A stretch of 64,000 nucleotides of DNA from Antedon mediterranea (Eukaryota > Animalia > Echinodermata): NCBI RefSeq assembly GCF_964355755.1, contig NC_092670.1:1664201-1728200 (forward strand). Reading direction: 5' to 3'. Below are positions 62,024 to 64,000 of this stretch, piece by piece. The position numbers and the translations under genes were made by a program. Numbering within the stretch: position 1 is the stretch's first letter; every line of letters begins with the position of its first letter. The notes below the pieces were generated by a model. That model searched no databases. It worked only from the letters and a program-made list of their open reading frames with translations, and was not told the origin of the DNA.

Positions 62024-62642
62024 CATTATGTTAATGTTGAATTATTAAAAAAAATTAGATTACTATTAATTTATTATAAGATCTCTAAATAATAACAATT
62101 ACATTGCGCACATATGAAAGATGGTTGCGAATGACTGCTGCAGTGCATTAACAGTATAACCATCTTTGTCATCAACAGAAAGTCTACTATTTTGAATTGT
62201 AAGGCAATTTAGGCCTATATCATCCCAGTATGTATGTAGGTCTAGGTTGAACACCCTTATGGATATATTATTATTCAAAAGCCCGAGATCCAAAATGCAG
62301 ATTAGCAAAAACATACGCCCAGTTTACTTTTGGCTCCTTGTCAAAATACATTCTCTATTAGCCTCAGGGTATACAACAAATCAATATATTATATTCCAGA
62401 GCAGGTGAATGTCATTTAGCCAAACACGTGTTTTATAGGCAGTCCTCTTTGGCTTGTTTATATATGACGTCATAAATCACGTGATATAATTACGCCTATT
62501 TAAACGTCATCGTTCACTCGTTTTGCAGATTTGTTTATGAAGTTTAAAGGAACACACGAAAACTGTGACTAGTAGTAGTGTATATTACTGAAGGTATATT
62601 ATCGTTTGTGATATTTTGCGAGATTTAAACATATTTTTCAAG

Positions 62643-62742
62643 ATGCAGCCTGACATTTCGAGAATGTTCTTGCCGGTTTTGTACGTAGTCAGTGTAGTAA
62701 ATTCAGCGGTCATCAATTACTCGAGTTATTCCTACAGCTACG
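62643..62742 (+). CDS. Probable first coding exon (signal-peptide-like) of a gene continuing past the window
   Basis: ATG MQPDISRMFLPVLYVVSVVNSAVINYSSYSYSY followed by G|gtaaga. Upstream are CRE (TGACGTCA), CACGTG and TATTTAAA motifs at ~62465-62503. Confidence 0.4.
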
Positions 62743-64000
62743 GTAAGATTTTATACCATCATTATTTATTACGATATATGTACACGATCTTAGCTATTTT
62801 CAAAGTTAGAATAGGTTGTTTTGCAGCATAAAGCCCATGGACTCGACAGATAGACCTGAACTCCAATGTTTACAAAAGTTTTATTTTTAAAATACTGTTT
62901 GGCAGCAGAATATTTTTGGTAGCAGAAAATAAAAAATATATTTCACTCTTAATTTCAATCGTTATGATATCATTATTCTTTAGACTAAAATGATATTATT
63001 TTAAGCCTTATTATTATGTTCTACTAAAACCAAATAATGAAATATTTTCATCGGATCGTAACGGAATCATGCGTAACGGAATTATTTACGAGTACACAGA
63101 CAAGCAAGCGTATGTTTATCAGGGAGTTGTAAAATAAGATTTGAATAATAAAATTAAATAATATTTTACAACTCCCTGTGTTTATGATAGTCGACTTAGG
63201 AATTAACAAAATTGGTTGTACCAAACTAACACCAACATCATTTAGTAACGTTGACAAGCGGATTCATTATCTGATTGGTCAGCTTTCATCGCGCCTACTA
63301 CACGCCCACTTGATTGACACCGGGTGGCATCAACACTTTGTTTTGATTCGTTTTATATCATTGACACTACACTGTCAAGCGACACAATCCCACGCTTGCC
63401 TAATGCGCTGGTAACAATGGAACAGCCTATTGTACGCGCGCGCGTTAAACACCAACACTTATTGTACGCGCGTCAATATTGATAGCAATGGTACGGCTTA
63501 TACTATACAGTACTTGATAAATATTGTTGTTACATTTAGGGCAGTTTAATTAATATGAATAGGCCAAACGGTTCACGAGAGTTAAAAAGAGCATTTGTGG
63601 CTACACGATTTACCACGAACACATGTTTTGTTGACGTGGACGCTTCTTTTTCTGGTTCCTAACCAGGTCTCTTTTTCCGGGCTGATTATTTACAGTAGCC
63701 TGACTGGCTATAAGTATAATTACAAGACAGGGTCACCCTAAATCCAGGTCAACTCAATATATTTTCAAAACATATGTAGTGTCATGTGGTCATCATAATA
63801 TTCAATATAAAATTTACCACGCCTACTTACATATTTAAAATATTAATAACATTATCAAAAAAAGGGTGGGGGGAGGGGGAGGGGGAATCCAATATATTGG
63901 TAAATGAAGAAAGGTATCCGCAACATGCATTATACCATTACACTTTTAACAATAATAGTACGCTAATTTATGTGTGTTTTTCTCCACGCTGTAACGCACA

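Overview
AT-rich, intron-containing animal genomic DNA (an invertebrate, possibly an echinoderm; this is inference only). It is not prokaryotic and has no CRISPR array, rRNA or intact tRNA. Genes reconstructed by hand from splice signals and motifs, in order: lysosomal alpha-glucosidase GAA (-, runs off the left edge); an otoancorin/stereocilin/mesothelin-family gene (-); PALB2 (-); arylsulfatase G-like ARSG (+); a divergent PH+PTB DOK/IRS-like adaptor (-); a RING-coiled-coil-NHL E3 ligase (-); CPSF4/CPSF30 (-); a two-exon secreted Cys-rich protein with an anaphylatoxin-like cysteine pattern (+); and a probable first coding exon near the right edge (+). Also present are a decayed LINE, a Mutator-like non-autonomous element with a 9-bp TSD, several MITE and HINE families, and two minisatellites (51 bp x31, 68 bp x11). 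Most notable: (1) two intact, paralogous 132-nt versions of the GAA exon carrying the WNDxDY active-site motif, probably mutually exclusive, separated by an intron that folds into hairpins; (2) the stand-alone anaphylatoxin-like secreted protein; (3) a duplicated last 3' splice site in CPSF4 that could switch its terminal zinc knuckle on or off. Exon boundaries were read by eye and need RNA-seq confirmation.
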